This document shows, piece after piece, positions 1-12,373 of a DNA stretch of 64,000 nucleotides. A program made the position numbers and the translations under genes. Source of the stretch: Massalongia carnosa (taxonomy: Eukaryota); NCBI GenBank assembly GCA_965645245.1, contig OZ287070.1:2542001-2606000 (forward strand), in the 5' to 3' direction. Within the stretch, counting starts at the first letter, position 1, and each line of letters starts with the position of its first letter. Below the pieces are notes generated by a model that was not told the origin of the DNA, made no database searches, and saw nothing but the letters and a program-made list of their open reading frames with translations.

Positions 1-2
1 GG

Positions 3-1595
3 GTTCTTGACCAAGGAAAAGGGGAATGGAAGAGGAAGGATTCAATATTCGAAAATTTAGAGAAAGTAACTGACGAGACGAAGGAGAAGGAGGAGCTATG
101 TCTAAATGTAAACGAAACGAAAAAACCCGGGGCACGAAGGGTGAGATTTGAGCCTGACGTTTGCGAGATGGTTGAGGATGAGAATGGAAACTGGACCGGA
201 ATCCACTACACTGATCAGCAGGAAGTTGAAATAACAGCTGAAGAGAGGGCACGAGAATCAATGCCTGTGAAACGTGACGAGGGAAAGATAAGGAGCCAAA
301 TGAGAAATAAGAAAACCGAGGGTGAAAGCAGCAGCAAGGAGGAACGACCAAAACTCGCTGCTGCTAAGCCGCAGCAGGCAGAAAAAAGAAGCAATACTGA
401 AGCGAAGAACATCAAACTTAAGAAAGGAAAAAACTCGAGGGAATCAGAGAATAATACACCCGATCTTAATACTCTAGACGAAGATGAAACGATTTCTTAC
501 ACAGAAGGAGACAAGAAAGCACCGAAGAAAAAAATGCTAATCAACAACGGCAAACCCATCTCAAGCCAAAAAAGGCCACGTGAAATAGGATTTGACCGAC
601 AAGAACTGCAAGACTCCGGATCGCTCGAGTTCGATGCAGCTGAGCCTTCAACTTTGGCAAATCGCATCCACGATATTTGGGATAAATCAAAATTCACGTT
701 TTACGCCATGGACGTGCCAGACGGATGGGATGAGGTTTATGAAACAATGGAGCCTGCTTTTAGACTAGTATCCCGCTGGATCACCGATCAGACTTTTGAA
801 CACTTCTGGGGTTCCCTTGTGTTTGGCGATGTGGAAACTTTCTCCGATGTTGATGGGCAGCCAGCTACGAGGATCGTTCCCGTTCAGCTAACACCAGTTC
901 AACGGAGAATGCTCTCCGATGATCTGTGGGAGTTAGGCTCAGTGCATCGGTTTCGTTTCTTGCCGATTATCGGGGGATGGGCAGAATCCAAAACTTACCA
1001 TCAGCCTAGCAACAACGTAGCCTCGATGACCACCCTGCACCAAGCCTTCCTGCAAAATTGCTATGCCAGATTCCACCGGTCTTCAGAGTCAAGGCAGCTT
1101 CGGTTCCTTTTCTTTCTGGCAGTCAATCTGGGGCACGAGCTGGCACATCTCGTTTTTCGAAAGAGGAGGCTGGATGAAACTGGAGATATCGAGGAGGAGG
1201 AACCTTACTGGAACAGTGAGCTAGTACATAAAGAGCTAGGAACCGCATGGGAGGACTTTATGTTTGGAGGTAGGATTCAAATGCTCAATGCATCGCCTGA
1301 TCCCTTGTCTCAATATGGTTTGGCAGTGTTGCCCCTGGAAATGGCTCGATGGTCACCTTTCCGAGACAGATTGTGCAGAATCGCTGCACTACCCATGGAA
1401 TGGATCAACGACCAATTCTCGGAAGCTTGGTGGACCGATCCCGCAAAAGCGAACGAAAGAATACCAGGAAATCCTCCACTATCTTCAATCAGAGCCACCG
1501 TCAATCGAACCACCCGCTCCAGCGTATTATTAAACAACACACACGAAGAATGGGAGGGTACGTTCCCCAATGCTAAAAACATTATGGGTCACTAA
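3..1595 (+). CDS. Hypothetical fungal protein with HEXXH motif (zincin-like); 5'-partial
   Basis: Frame is open from base 3 through the 484-aa ORF. Low-complexity K/E-rich N-terminus. C-terminal domain has LGHELAH followed by ELGTAWEDFMFGG. Confidence 0.7.
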   Translation, partial: VLDQGKGEWKRKDSIFENLEKVTDETKEKEELCLNVNETKKPGARRVRFEPDVCEMVEDENGNWTGIHYTDQQEVEITAEERARESMPVKRDEGKIRSQMRNKKTEGESSSKEERPKLAAAKPQQAEKRSNTEAKNIKLKKGKNSRESENNTPDLNTLDEDETISYTEGDKKAPKKKMLINNGKPISSQKRPREIGFDRQELQDSGSLEFDAAEPSTLANRIHDIWDKSKFTFYAMDVPDGWDEVYETMEPAFRLVSRWITDQTFEHFWGSLVFGDVETFSDVDGQPATRIVPVQLTPVQRRMLSDDLWELGSVHRFRFLPIIGGWAESKTYHQPSNNVASMTTLHQAFLQNCYARFHRSSESRQLRFLFFLAVNLGHELAHLVFRKRRLDETGDIEEEEPYWNSELVHKELGTAWEDFMFGGRIQMLNASPDPLSQYGLAVLPLEMARWSPFRDRLCRIAALPMEWINDQFSEAWWTDPAKANERIPGNPPLSSIRATVNRTTRSSVLLNNTHEEWEGTFPNAKNIMGH

Positions 1596-3624
1596 AGGTA
1601 GAAATGCGGTAACTCGCGGAGCTTGATATTTTTGCTTTTTCTAACGTCTTGGATCTGACTTTAGTTGATTATGGATAAGCAATCTTATATAGTAAAAGAG
1701 TTTTCTTAGCGTCAAATAGCGAATATGCTTTCCAAAGAGAATAGAAGCCTAGTGAAATGATCCCCCAAAAAAGTTCGGGATGTCTATGCCCCTGTTTTTT
1801 TGGAGTCATTTCCCTAGATTCTTAATGATGTTCCCGTCCTTCGAGCTCATCTGTGTTAGGATATCGATATTACTCGATAGGTATCAGATTTGGCTTCAGT
1901 TGTGATGCCCAGAGTACTCTGGGGAGCTTGTCAAGTCTTGCACTGCAGTGTCTAAAATAGGTACTCCATATACCATATACCATATGTTTTTCTTTGTGGC
2001 TCGTAAATAAGATAACTAAATAGTGTTGGAGAGAATCGGAAACATATCTCTTCAGCATGCAGCAGATTCATCTTTTTGAAAATCATACTCTCTGCTTTGT
2101 ATATCTGAACGCCTGAACATGATAGATGTAAAGTTCATTGTAAATTGTTGAGCTGAATGTATGATAACAATGAGCTCTATGATGAATTTATATTTACGTC
2201 AGAAGAAATGGATTTATGATGAATCTAAGCCTAAATTTACAAGAAGAGAATTTTGTATGAGCTTGTCTCGCTTGTTACATAATCTCTGCCGTTAGTCCGA
2301 CATAAATCAAATAAGGGTAAAGAAGATACTCTTTCTTCGAGGATTGGGTGTACGTAACTCAGCAACATAATACCTATCGTCGCTGCTAAAGCACCTAGTG
2401 CTAAACAACTCCTACATTGGCTCCAGTTCTGGTTGGTAGTCATCTCCGAGACCACCTCTTCTACTAGAATGTCTACAGCTAGCCTAGGCGAATCGGAAGA
2501 GCATACCTTCAAGAGGTTTCATGATCTTGTTCAAGCAAGCCGCATGACGTATAGCGCCAGACGAGTCAATAATGCGCAAGCGATCCCGATATGGCTCCAA
2601 CGAAATCTTCAAAATACACCTGGTCTAACTAGAAATCTTCTCAAACACCAAACCCATCTGAGAAACCATTCGCGATACTTCCTTTCAATTCCGCTAGCTT
2701 ACGTGGAATCTCCTGATAGAAATCAGTGTCCGACTTTCATATGATCCGGATTTTACGGCTGAGAGAAGTTAAGTTGCCTCTGCCTCGCAGTCAGTAGTGC
2801 TGAGTAAGAGAAGATTTGGGAAATCGGCTTTGACGGGAGAGATCAGATGTATTAGAAACTATAACACTACTGCAAACCTGTTTTCGCTCCGTGCAGGCTA
2901 TCCCGGACTCATGAAAAATGATTATGGTATGCCACTACATTAATGGCCATAAAGCAATCTAGCATTACAGCTGATTGCTTCTCTTCGCGGGTTTCTCTTA
3001 TGGCTTCATTCCGGTTAAAAAAGCCGAAATCTCTGTTGGATTGAGGAGCTGTCATCCAGATGCATGAATCTCGAATATTGAACATTAAGCACTCCGGCTG
3101 CGTTCGGGTAAGATTTGTGATGATGATTCAGATATTGGGGTATCGCTTATCCCGACCCGCTGCACAGTCAGCGCATGAAAGGCAACATTCCGGACCTAGA
3201 GCTTAAACTAGATCTCGGTTTGATTCTGACTTGGTCCAGTCAGTAGTCACTTGGATCCCTATGAGAACTCATAACGCGTGGAACGACCCCCACGGGTCGC
3301 TTACAAGTCAACTATGCGATCTATGTTGGCTGTAAAAAGATCACACCCTTTGGGCCCTATTCTAGTCAGCATACCTGTGTATTCACGTTGCATGCCGTTC
3401 GGTGCTGACTCGTCTCGAGGATTGACCTTGCCAACGGCGAGGGATTTGCTTATTCCTCGACGATTGCGAGTCGCCTTCCGCTGGTTGGTGAAGAGAGAGT
3501 TCCTTGACCATATATAAAGGCCCTGATATCTCGGTCAACATCATCATCGCAACTCAAGCTTAAGCCCAGATCGAACTATCTCAACACAAGTACCTAGATC
3601 TCTTTCGCCCTCACTACCATCACG

Positions 3625-4330
3625 ATGAAGTCCTTTGCTGCAGCCACGTTGGCCATCCTTACCCTCTCCACCTTTGCTCTTGCCGCTCCCACTGCTGAGG
3701 CGCTTCCTAAAGAGTTCGAGCCTATCACTCGAGAGGAGATTCTCAAGAAACTTGGCGAAAGCCCTGAGACCACATTACAGAAGCGTACACCAGGGGGAGT
3801 AAGTCTTTGTGCTCTTTAGCCTAGCAAAAGCATTTTTCAAAGCTCTTCTTTCCATTCTTGATGTTATGAAGATTCATCCCTAAAAATTATCTAACATGGT
3901 GTCTGTCAAATTATAGGTGAATCTCTGCACAGGTGCGAACTGGTCCGGCCAATGCGGTTACGCAGTCCAGCCATTGAATCAATGCATTTTCTTAACCTCG
4001 CCCTGGTAAACTCCTCAAAGCCCCTTCTCTCGCCCGTAATAATCATGTCTGGATTGCTAATGTTTGCCTTATGGTGCAAAGGCTCAATGGCGTTGGCTCG
4101 TTCGGCCCGGACAGAGGCGCGACATGTTACCTTTCCAAGTATGTTCTCCACACCTTTACCCTCCTTTTATATCAGGATAAACATGAAGCAATGGGCGCTA
4201 ATCTCAATTTTTCCTCTTTAGCAACAACAATTGCAATGAGGCCGTCGCCGGGGTGAGCTATCCGGGTAATAGCAACGTCCGCGGCATTCCGGGCCTAAGC
4301 AACTCCATCACCACCTTCATGTGCGAGTAG
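3625..4330 (+). CDS. Small secreted Cys-containing protein, about 142 aa, 4 exons (3625-3798, 3917-4005, 4082-4138, 4222-4330)
   Basis: Signal peptide MKSFAAATLAILTLSTFALA and Kex2-type LQKR site. GT-AG introns splice in frame to TPGGVNLCTGANWSGQCGYAVQPLNQC...VGSFGPDRGATC...SITTFMCE*. Confidence 0.8.
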
Positions 4331-4847
4331 CTCCGTGCTCTTTTCTCTAGAACGGGTACCTCTTGAGATCAATCGTTCTTTCACCCGTGTAGTGTTCCTT
4401 GCATCATAAAGGTTAATCACGGTGGATAAAGGACATTGCTGGTTGAGGTTCCAGGTTTTTGTTAAAGCACACAAAATTGAACAATGTTCAAAACCTCCGA
4501 GTTGATAGTTTGCGCGCAGAATAAACAGAGCAAGCTATATGATATATATCTCTTACTGTAGTGATGATTGACTCTTCACAAATGGGAAGTGGATCTGAAT
4601 ACTATGTGTTGATCAGCCAAAGAAATATCGTAGCAACCGCTTTTAACCCGAACATGCTTCGTTTATTCAATAGCCCGGTTTTGTACCCAGCTTGTTCATG
4701 GACAGAGTTTTTGTTTTCCTTGCTGAACAGTATTTCATTAATAAAGTCGAGATAAGAGCCTATGTCAGTTTGTACCTTCACCTATCATTGCCGCGCTCTG
4801 GTATTCTTATTTGTTGCGTACATTGTAGCTCCTGAGCCTTCTTCGTC

Positions 4848-5073
4848 ATGTTTGCCTTCTTTGCCTTCTCCGTTGCATCTGCTGATGATGATGATGATGA
4901 TAATTCTTATTCCGATGTGGTACCGGCCGAAAGCCGGCCCATGCGGGCAAATCTATGGAATTATATAATACATGGAAAACCTTTTAAGGAAGAAAAACCA
5001 AGTAATCCGACATCTCTCCGAATACTTTTCGAGTCTCGGTCGAGGGATCTATCTGAAGAACAGTTGACCGGTG
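4848..5073 (+). pseudogene. 5' part of a small gene apparently interrupted by the LINE; continues after 9992
   Basis: ORF MFAFFAFSVASADDDDD...EEQLTG reads on as AGLVAYN into a possible GTAATG donor when the LINE and one ACCGGTG copy are removed. Confidence 0.35.
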
Positions 5074-5245
5074 ACAGGTTAAAGGAAAGGAAAGTCGCCT
5101 TTTAGCGACTTGACGTGTGGTTGTCAATGATATAAATGCTGTGCTGTCATTGAGAACTGAGTCAGTAAGCCGGTCTTCATTAACCAAGCGGTGACTAGTT
5201 TCATCGCTCTGGATGAGTCGGTAATTAGTCGATAGTTGTTTGTGC

Positions 5246-8200
5246 CTATAGAACGTAACATTGACTGTCTGTTGCTGTTAAGTTTGCAAACATGATTACA
5301 TGTTTCGCGGTTTGTTTCGGCCAGCCACATGGACAGTCTGGTGTTAGGACGTCGGGGACGTGACGTCTAAATAGAAAGTCGGCTAGGCCTATCTTTTCTG
5401 AGCGTATCTGGATAGTTAGAGCGCTTTCTGCTTTGGCTAGAGTTTTGTGTAATTTGATGCGTTTTTTGGTTAGTGGGGCTGCCTGTGCTGGAGTAGGCGT
5501 AGATGTGCGATTCTGATATGTTTTCCATGAGGTCTGCCATGCGTCTATATATCGTTTTTTTATTTTTGCGGTTATTTTACCTTGAGCCGCCCGCGCCTCT
5601 TCAATTTCTCGAGCTGTATTCGGGGGGGGTTCGGCCCATGGTGGGTGCGCTACCGGCGACGCGATTTTATGTGTGTCCGATATTATTTTCTTGGCCCATG
5701 CGTGTTTCAGCATTCCCGGGGTACTCGCAGGAGCTCGTTTGCGTCCAGCCCGGCCTCTGAGTTTGTTTGCAATAGAGTTGCATGCATTGATGATGAATTT
5801 CTTTTGACCTCCCTGACACAAGCGATGCCTAGCCTGCGTCTGAAGTTGATCTAGATGTATGTCAATAGGAGCTATGTACGTTTCTGCTTCCAATACCGCT
5901 ATTGGGGTCGCCTTAAATGCTCCAGCTATAGTTCGTAAGCATTTATTCTGTATGACGGCTAGCTTGTTTGAGATGCCGTTCGATTTTTTTATATCCTTTG
6001 GCATGTGCCATATAGTAGAACCATACGTTATGGCCGGGCGAACTCCGGCGGTGTATATCTGGCGGGCTTTTGGAAAGGTGGCGCCCCATGTGGAGGTAGA
6101 AATTTTTGTCAGTGCCCTGGATTGTTTTGTCAGTTTTTCCTGAATCTTTCTGATATGTGGACCCCATTTCAATTTGGTGTCGATTCGGAGTCCCAAGATT
6201 CTAATGTCTGTTTTTGGTTTAATGATGCTGTTTTCTATCTTAACAACAGCAGTCATGTTAAATTTCTTCGGATTTCTTGACAAGTGTATCAGTTCGTACT
6301 TTTTCGGTGCAAAAACCGATCCGTGCCGAATGGCCCATCTTTCGCATTTCTTGTGAATTTCCTCCAGCGTTTTGCAATTTTCTTCAGTGCTTTTCCCATA
6401 TGCTAACACGTTTATGTCATCTACGAAACCTATGGCGCTCGTGTTGGTTCCGGGTCTTTCACATATGTCTAGTAGGTCTGCATTATAGAAAAGATAGAGG
6501 ATAGGAGAAATAGGAGAGCCTTGTGGTATTCCGGTTCTTACTTCGAATATGTCTGTGACTCGGCTATGTATTGCTAGCGTGGTACTTCGTTCGTTTAAAA
6601 AAGTGTCTACCCAGTCAGTAATCCATTTTGGGATTTTCCGTTTGCGCAGGTTATGGATTAAACGTCTATGTGACACTGTATCATAAGCTCCTGCTACGTC
6701 CATGCTCAACAGAGTGGCTACTTTGTCGTTGCCTTGTCCCCATACTGTGTGGATTTGTTCCGTTAACAATTCCAGTGCAGTTTCTGTTGATCTTCCTCTT
6801 CTGGCACCCATCTGGGTATCGGGTAGAAGTCGGTGTGTTTCCGCTATGTGGGTGATTTTCTTGGACATGATGGATTCCATAACCTTGCCAAGCGTGTTCA
6901 GGAGTGCTATAGGACGATAGGCGTTCGGAGCCGTATAATCATCTTTGTCTATCTTTCTCAGTGTGATTGTGTTTTGCGGTCTTGAACGCGCGTGGATGAT
7001 ACGCCTGATCTATGCATGCTTGAAAAAAAGGAGTTAGTAAATCGGACAGCTTTTCGGAGCACGCCTTTACAATTCTGTTGGTTATTCCGTCCGGACCAGG
7101 GGCCGTGTCGGGCTTGAGTCGGCGTATCGATTCTGTTACTTCCGATCTGGTTACGATTGTGGGACAGTGAGGAGGACTAGGATAAAAGGAGCCCTCTATG
7201 TCGCTGAGATCGGCAGGAGGTGCAGGTGGAAAGAATTTCTGTTTCAGCATCTCCGTTTTTTCCTCGAACGTGGAAGCTATTTGATCGTCTCGGGTGAGGC
7301 TAGGCATTTTTGGAATTTCTCTTGGCTTCTCACTTTTGTCCTTTGCCCACTTAGCCAGCCGCCATAATCCCATAGGCGATTCAGTAGCTTTTTCTATTTC
7401 CTTGCGGAACGACAGTCTCTTGGCTTTTTGAATGATTTTTTGTTTTCTATGATTAGACTTCGTGTACGTTATCCAATCTGAAAGATCTCTGGAGTTCGTC
7501 CAGGCGCGTCTAAGCCTGCGAGTTTCTTTCGTGATTACACTGCATTCATCATTCCAAAAGGGCTTGGCGTACTTACTGGGTCTTGCCCATGGTACAGTAG
7601 CGTTTATGACTTCTCGAAGGAATTCTTGAATCGTTATCGTGTAGGCTTCGATTTCGTCCGGAGATCGGGGAGAGAACGGAAGGGGAGCCCGTTTTTCGGC
7701 TTCCCTCAATTTTTCCATGTTTACCCGCTTCCAGGCCCTGCGTTCAACAATTGTTTGAGGCTCACTATTAAGTGTTATTCGAGTTGAGATTGGTATATGA
7801 TCGGACGATTGATTAAGTTCAGGTCTTGACATGCAATGTTCTAGTCTCGCGACTAGGTCGTCCGACATGAATACAAGATCGATAGTGCTGAACGATTGTC
7901 TTGCCTCCCAGGTGATGGTGCCTTTTGGTAATGTCAGTGAAAGGTTAGCTTCTTCAATCACGTCTAACAGCTGATCTGCACTCGCATGTTGAGTTGTTCT
8001 CGTTGAGTCGTTCCAAAGAGGATGATGTAAATTGAAATCCCCTAATAAGACGTGTTTTACGCCTGCCGTTAATTGACGTTTCACGGTTGGTAGAGTGGAC
8101 GGACAGTCTACGGAGGAGTAAGAGGCGGGAGAAGGGTTGTACACGTTGTGAATATGAATTACTTCTGACGTTTCTCCAATTTTTGTGCGAATTATTAGCG

Positions 8201-8456
8201 TGCACATGTCGGGTGATGGAAATTTTACTTCCCAGCTATCAGGGTCAATTGAGTCACTAATATAGAAACATACTCTTGTTTCTCCGCTCGGGCGGTATAG
8301 TAGGTGAAAGCCGCTTTGATGAGGACTTAATGTGGTGAGAGCTGAGGGATTACGCCAGGGTTCTTGAATAGCAATGATATCGTAGTCCTGAGTGTTCGGG
8401 TCTGCTAAGAGAGGTAGCTTAGTACTTACTCTGTCATTTCTGACATTATACTGCAA
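5246..8456 (-). pseudogene. LINE ORF2 (endonuclease-reverse transcriptase), split by a frameshift near 6970 and another near 5285
   Basis: APE motifs IQEPW, LLGDFNLHH, SDH. RT motifs APGPDGI, YRPIALL, GIPQGSPISP, FVDD. C-terminal CPCG..H knuckle. Confidence 0.92.
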
Positions 8457-8475
8457 TATAGGGAATTTTTATCCC

Positions 8476-9957
8476 TCATAAGACGTCCATGATTTCGACC
8501 TGAGAAGTCGAGGAGACGGCGCTGATTGATGCGTTGGAGCTAGGCGTAATCGGAGCTGTAGACTCGTCTCGCGGCCTGATTGGGGGTCTGCCTACAACTG
8601 GTTTTGCAAGAGCTTTTGTCATGTTCTCTGGATTCATGATGCCCGTGTCCGCCCATGTGATTCCGATTTTAGGGGGAATCGGCGGTGAACCTGGTGGGGG
8701 TGCGGTCTTTCGTTTTTTGCTGCTTGTATCGGTTGAATTTATGACTGTTGTTTCCTCTTGAAATCTAAACACTGTTGGTGTTGGGACAGCGACTGGATAA
8801 AACGGAACCCGATTTTGCATAGCCTTGTCTGCTTTGCGTTTTTCCGATTTCCTGATTTCGCAGGATGTGGACCAGGCTTCATGGCCTTTTTCACTGCATG
8901 CAGCACATCTTCGGTATCTACCCGTCGTTTCCATGTTGCATTCGGTGCTGGGATGGCCCCCGGCGCAGTGGCCACAGGCGGTAGGATTTGGACATGAGCG
9001 ACCTATGTGACCGTATTTGTGACAGTTGAAGCATTGCGTCATGGTACATCCCTTGGTGAACCTTTCACAATCTTTGATTTCATAGTCGACCACAAGGCCT
9101 TCGGCTATGATCCGGTTGGCCGTTTCGGCGGTTGCGACTTCCATATGTAGCGTAGAATACGTCTTTTTTTCCCTTATAGCTTTGACGGACCAGGCTATTT
9201 TCTTGATCTTCAGGTTCGGGTGCAGACGTGCGTTAGCGGCCTGTAGATACTCTATAGCCTGCGATTGGTTGGCGGTTTTGATATTTTCGACCTTGACACC
9301 ATTTACCCTGATAGAGTACGTTCGTGTCTTTACCGCGGCTGATTCGGCTACAATTTGAACCCACTCCGGTTTCTCTTGTAGGAGCTTTTTGGCCTCTAAA
9401 GATTCGGTATGAATCTTGAGATCTCCGCTCATGAGACGTGATATTCCCCGAATCCCCTTCGTCTCACGTTGTAGTGTCTCCACGAGATCTTTTGTTGTCA
9501 CGTTCTTTAGTTTTTCCTTGTCTATTGTGTTCGGGACGACGATGGTTATTCCCCTGGCCTTTCGAATCTCTTGAGGCGAGGGCTCGGTGTGCTTTAAGTG
9601 TGCAGTTGGCTTCGTGCGACGTGGGACCGGTGGGGCTTGAGCGGCCTGGCCTCTGCTGGCAGCGGCGGCGTAGTTATCCGAGTTTGTTGTGACTGCTTTT
9701 GCTCCTTCGATGCGAGCAAGGCTTTTCTGGATTTCTGTTAACGTGACGTTTAGAGTCTTCGACGTCTTGTCATCGTCGTTGTCGTTGTCGAAATTTCTCT
9801 GATTTTCGAGAAAAATTTTCACTTCCTGCAGGACCATGGTCCCCTCCGGTTCACCCTCATCTCCTATTCCTACAAGATAATCATTTATCTTGTCCAGCAG
9901 ATAATCTCTCTGCTGCGTGTGCGCGACCACGAACGATTCTTCGAATTCAGCGTTCAT
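8476..9957 (-). CDS. LINE ORF1 (gag-like nucleic-acid-binding protein)
   Basis: Three Cys/His knuckles: QCFNCHKYGHIGRSC, CGHCAGGHPSTEC, CAACSEKGHEAWSTSC. Confidence 0.9.
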   Translation of the reverse strand: MNAEFEESFVVAHTQQRDYLLDKINDYLVGIGDEGEPEGTMVLQEVKIFLENQRNFDNDNDDDKTSKTLNVTLTEIQKSLARIEGAKAVTTNSDNYAAAASRGQAAQAPPVPRRTKPTAHLKHTEPSPQEIRKARGITIVVPNTIDKEKLKNVTTKDLVETLQRETKGIRGISRLMSGDLKIHTESLEAKKLLQEKPEWVQIVAESAAVKTRTYSIRVNGVKVENIKTANQSQAIEYLQAANARLHPNLKIKKIAWSVKAIREKKTYSTLHMEVATAETANRIIAEGLVVDYEIKDCERFTKGCTMTQCFNCHKYGHIGRSCPNPTACGHCAGGHPSTECNMETTGRYRRCAACSEKGHEAWSTSCEIRKSEKRKADKAMQNRVPFYPVAVPTPTVFRFQEETTVINSTDTSSKKRKTAPPPGSPPIPPKIGITWADTGIMNPENMTKALAKPVVGRPPIRPRDESTAPITPSSNASISAVSSTSQVEIMDVL

Positions 9958-11178
9958 GTTGTTCCTTCGCTCGGTGATTATCCCCACCGGTGCGGGACTT
10001 GTAGCTTACAACAAGTAATGCTAAAATATGTTAAGGATGCTGACCTTATTGATTCTCTTGCACCTGTGATATCAATGATAATCCGTCTTGATATTCTCCT
10101 TCCCTGGTAGTCATTTGTCAATTGATAAACTTGATTTTATTCAGAGGGAGAAGTTGTGTTAGTAGCACTGATGTGCAGGACCATCGCAATGAGTTGTATA
10201 TCGTTGCATCTGCTGATCATTTGATCTTTTAATTCTTTATTAAATTTACCTGTCCACCTTCGCATTTTTTCGTTTCTTTTTTTCTTTACCTTTTTTTTTT
10301 CCTCCAACGGTTGCACGATGACTAGAAACAAAATGACGTAGATGACCGAATGTACTAGATGAAGCATACCATATAGGAGATACAGAATGTGAAGAGGACA
10401 AATGAAACAGATGAGGCAGAGAAGGTGAAATTGGAGGAGGTGACGGAGGTGGCTAAGGTGGAGGGGTTGCATTGAAAGCAACTTACCGTTGGAAAAAGCT
10501 ATGTAGTAGCGAAATGATTGGCAAAGCGCGTTAGACATTCAATTGTAAAAGAACCTATCACTTTGTCAAGCACCAAGGCCTGAACTGAAATCCTCCTTTG
10601 ATTTGTGGATTGAGGTCTGCTTCCCCTTTTTTTTTACCGATTGTTGTGGCACAGCGCATCTAGATTCTCTGTTCCTGCATCACGTACAATATACTCGATA
10701 AAACAGTGGAAACTTGCATACTCTGAGGCTCTGTGTGGGTGTGTATGCTCCACAGTCGGGACTTTTATCTTAGCTCCTTCCAAGACCGTTGGAATAATAT
10801 CCTCGGACCTGATTCCCTCGATAGTCTTTGCATACTGGTAAGCCAAACGGAGTGGAATGAGATATTGTACAGAGTACTCTGGGCTCTGTGCGTGGGTTGT
10901 GAATGAATATCCTTAGGAATGCTAACTATAATTAGCTCTATAGAGTACACTACTCTGTACGGAGTACATTACTCTTGATAGATTAAACTATTGTAGAACG
11001 CGCTGAAACTACGAATCCAACAGATTGGAGTCATAATCAGCCTCATCGGGAGCTTCGTTTCATCCGGGCTCAGCATGTTTAGAGTTTCCTTAGCACATGA
11101 TGAATGCATGTACCCTTCCTTGATGTTCCAAGCTTGATTCTCTTCATTTTCCCTTTCGTTCTGCATATCTAAATATCT

Positions 11179-12373
11179 ATGATGAGTTATATTTTCCTTG
11201 CCCTACTTTTGGCAACGGTTGTTTCTCCAATTGAGGTGGCGCCTGGCTCCGACTGTGCCTCATTTTGCATGAACGATCCTCGCGATAATCCAAACGATAT
11301 AAACTCGTCCATCACCCTGGCCGACTAGCTGGCCCGCAACGACTGGGAGCTCGTGGGCGCCAACTCTACGGCCGTGGAGCGGAAGTTCAAGAGCTGCGTG
11401 AAATGTGAAAGCACTAGCACGCAAAACGATCCTGGGAGCGGCAAGCCGATATTCCATGGTTTCTATGTGAGCTCTAGAATTGGCTAGTGGATTGCTGGAA
11501 GGGCGATTGAAAGCTGATCCGAGTAATGTGATAATATAGGGAACATGAAAGCCACCCTTAACAAACGAATCTTCCGGTTTCCCGACAGCAGCAACGTTAC
11601 CGCCGCCTATTTCCAGTGCGGTTCCCTCTGCAGCGGGGCCCAGAATGGGATGAAAACCGCCATGATAGATGGGATTGGCCATGCGACAAACACCAGCCAA
11701 TACAACTACTGCTGATATGGTAACGGGAGCCTTTTCAGATAATGTTGATACCTGCGTGGCATGTTTGAAGAGCGTACCGTCTTCAAAGACGCTGGCCAAC
11801 TGTGGGTTTTTGGTAAAAATTCCCGGAGCAAGGCAATGCTAAATGATATAACCCTTCATAGACGTTCGCGCCCTGAACGAGACATGCCAGCAAAAGCCCG
11901 TAATTGGCACCAACAACTCCATCAAACTGGCATTCGATCTCTCCGTGACACCCTCAAGTTCACCACCCACAGCCGGGCCAAATACCTCATCCACGCCTAG
12001 CCAAACCTCACCGACCTCCGCAGCCGTGGTGACCGTAATAGCCTTCTCAAAGCCCACGCCCTTCAACCTCAGCACCCACAGCCGCAACCTTGGCGTCGGC
12101 CTAGGCGTCCGTCTCAGTCTCGGCGGCGCCATCATCGGCCCCGCAATTCTCGGGGTCGTGCTGTTCCGGCGCCATGCTCGACGCCGGCGCCTTCGCGCCG
12201 AACAAGCTAGGCTCGAGCGACTGGATCAGGCTGCGCAGGCTGTTCCCAGGAGCCAGGAAGGGCTGGCGCAGGAGGACATGACCCCCGAGATGGCGGGATC
12301 GGCGGTGACGCCGGAGTTGAACGGGGTGCAAACGCTCATTGAGAAGGATGGGAAGCCGATGGGGGGTTTATAG
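11179..12373 (+). pseudogene. Degenerate secreted/single-pass Cys-rich membrane protein gene
   Basis: ATG at 11179 gives a signal peptide then IEVAPGSDCASFC. In-frame TAG at 11326, then RKFKSCVKCES. The 3' ORF 11945-12373 has an S/T-rich stalk, a GVGLGV..GAII..GVVLF TM helix and a basic RRHARRRR stop-transfer. Confidence 0.55.

Larger units (their letters stand above)
5074..9985 (-). mobile_element. Tad1-like non-LTR retrotransposon (LINE), near full length, frameshifted
   Basis: ORF1 has Cys-His knuckles; ORF2 has APE endonuclease and RT. Candidate 7-bp TSD ACCGGTG at 5067-5073 and 9986-9992. 3' stem-loop (AAGTCGC..GCGACTT) followed by a TTTCC repeat tail. Confidence 0.92.

Noticed and set aside
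11260..11799. 179-aa minus-strand ORF
   Set aside because: Antisense to the degenerate Cys-rich membrane protein gene on the plus strand.
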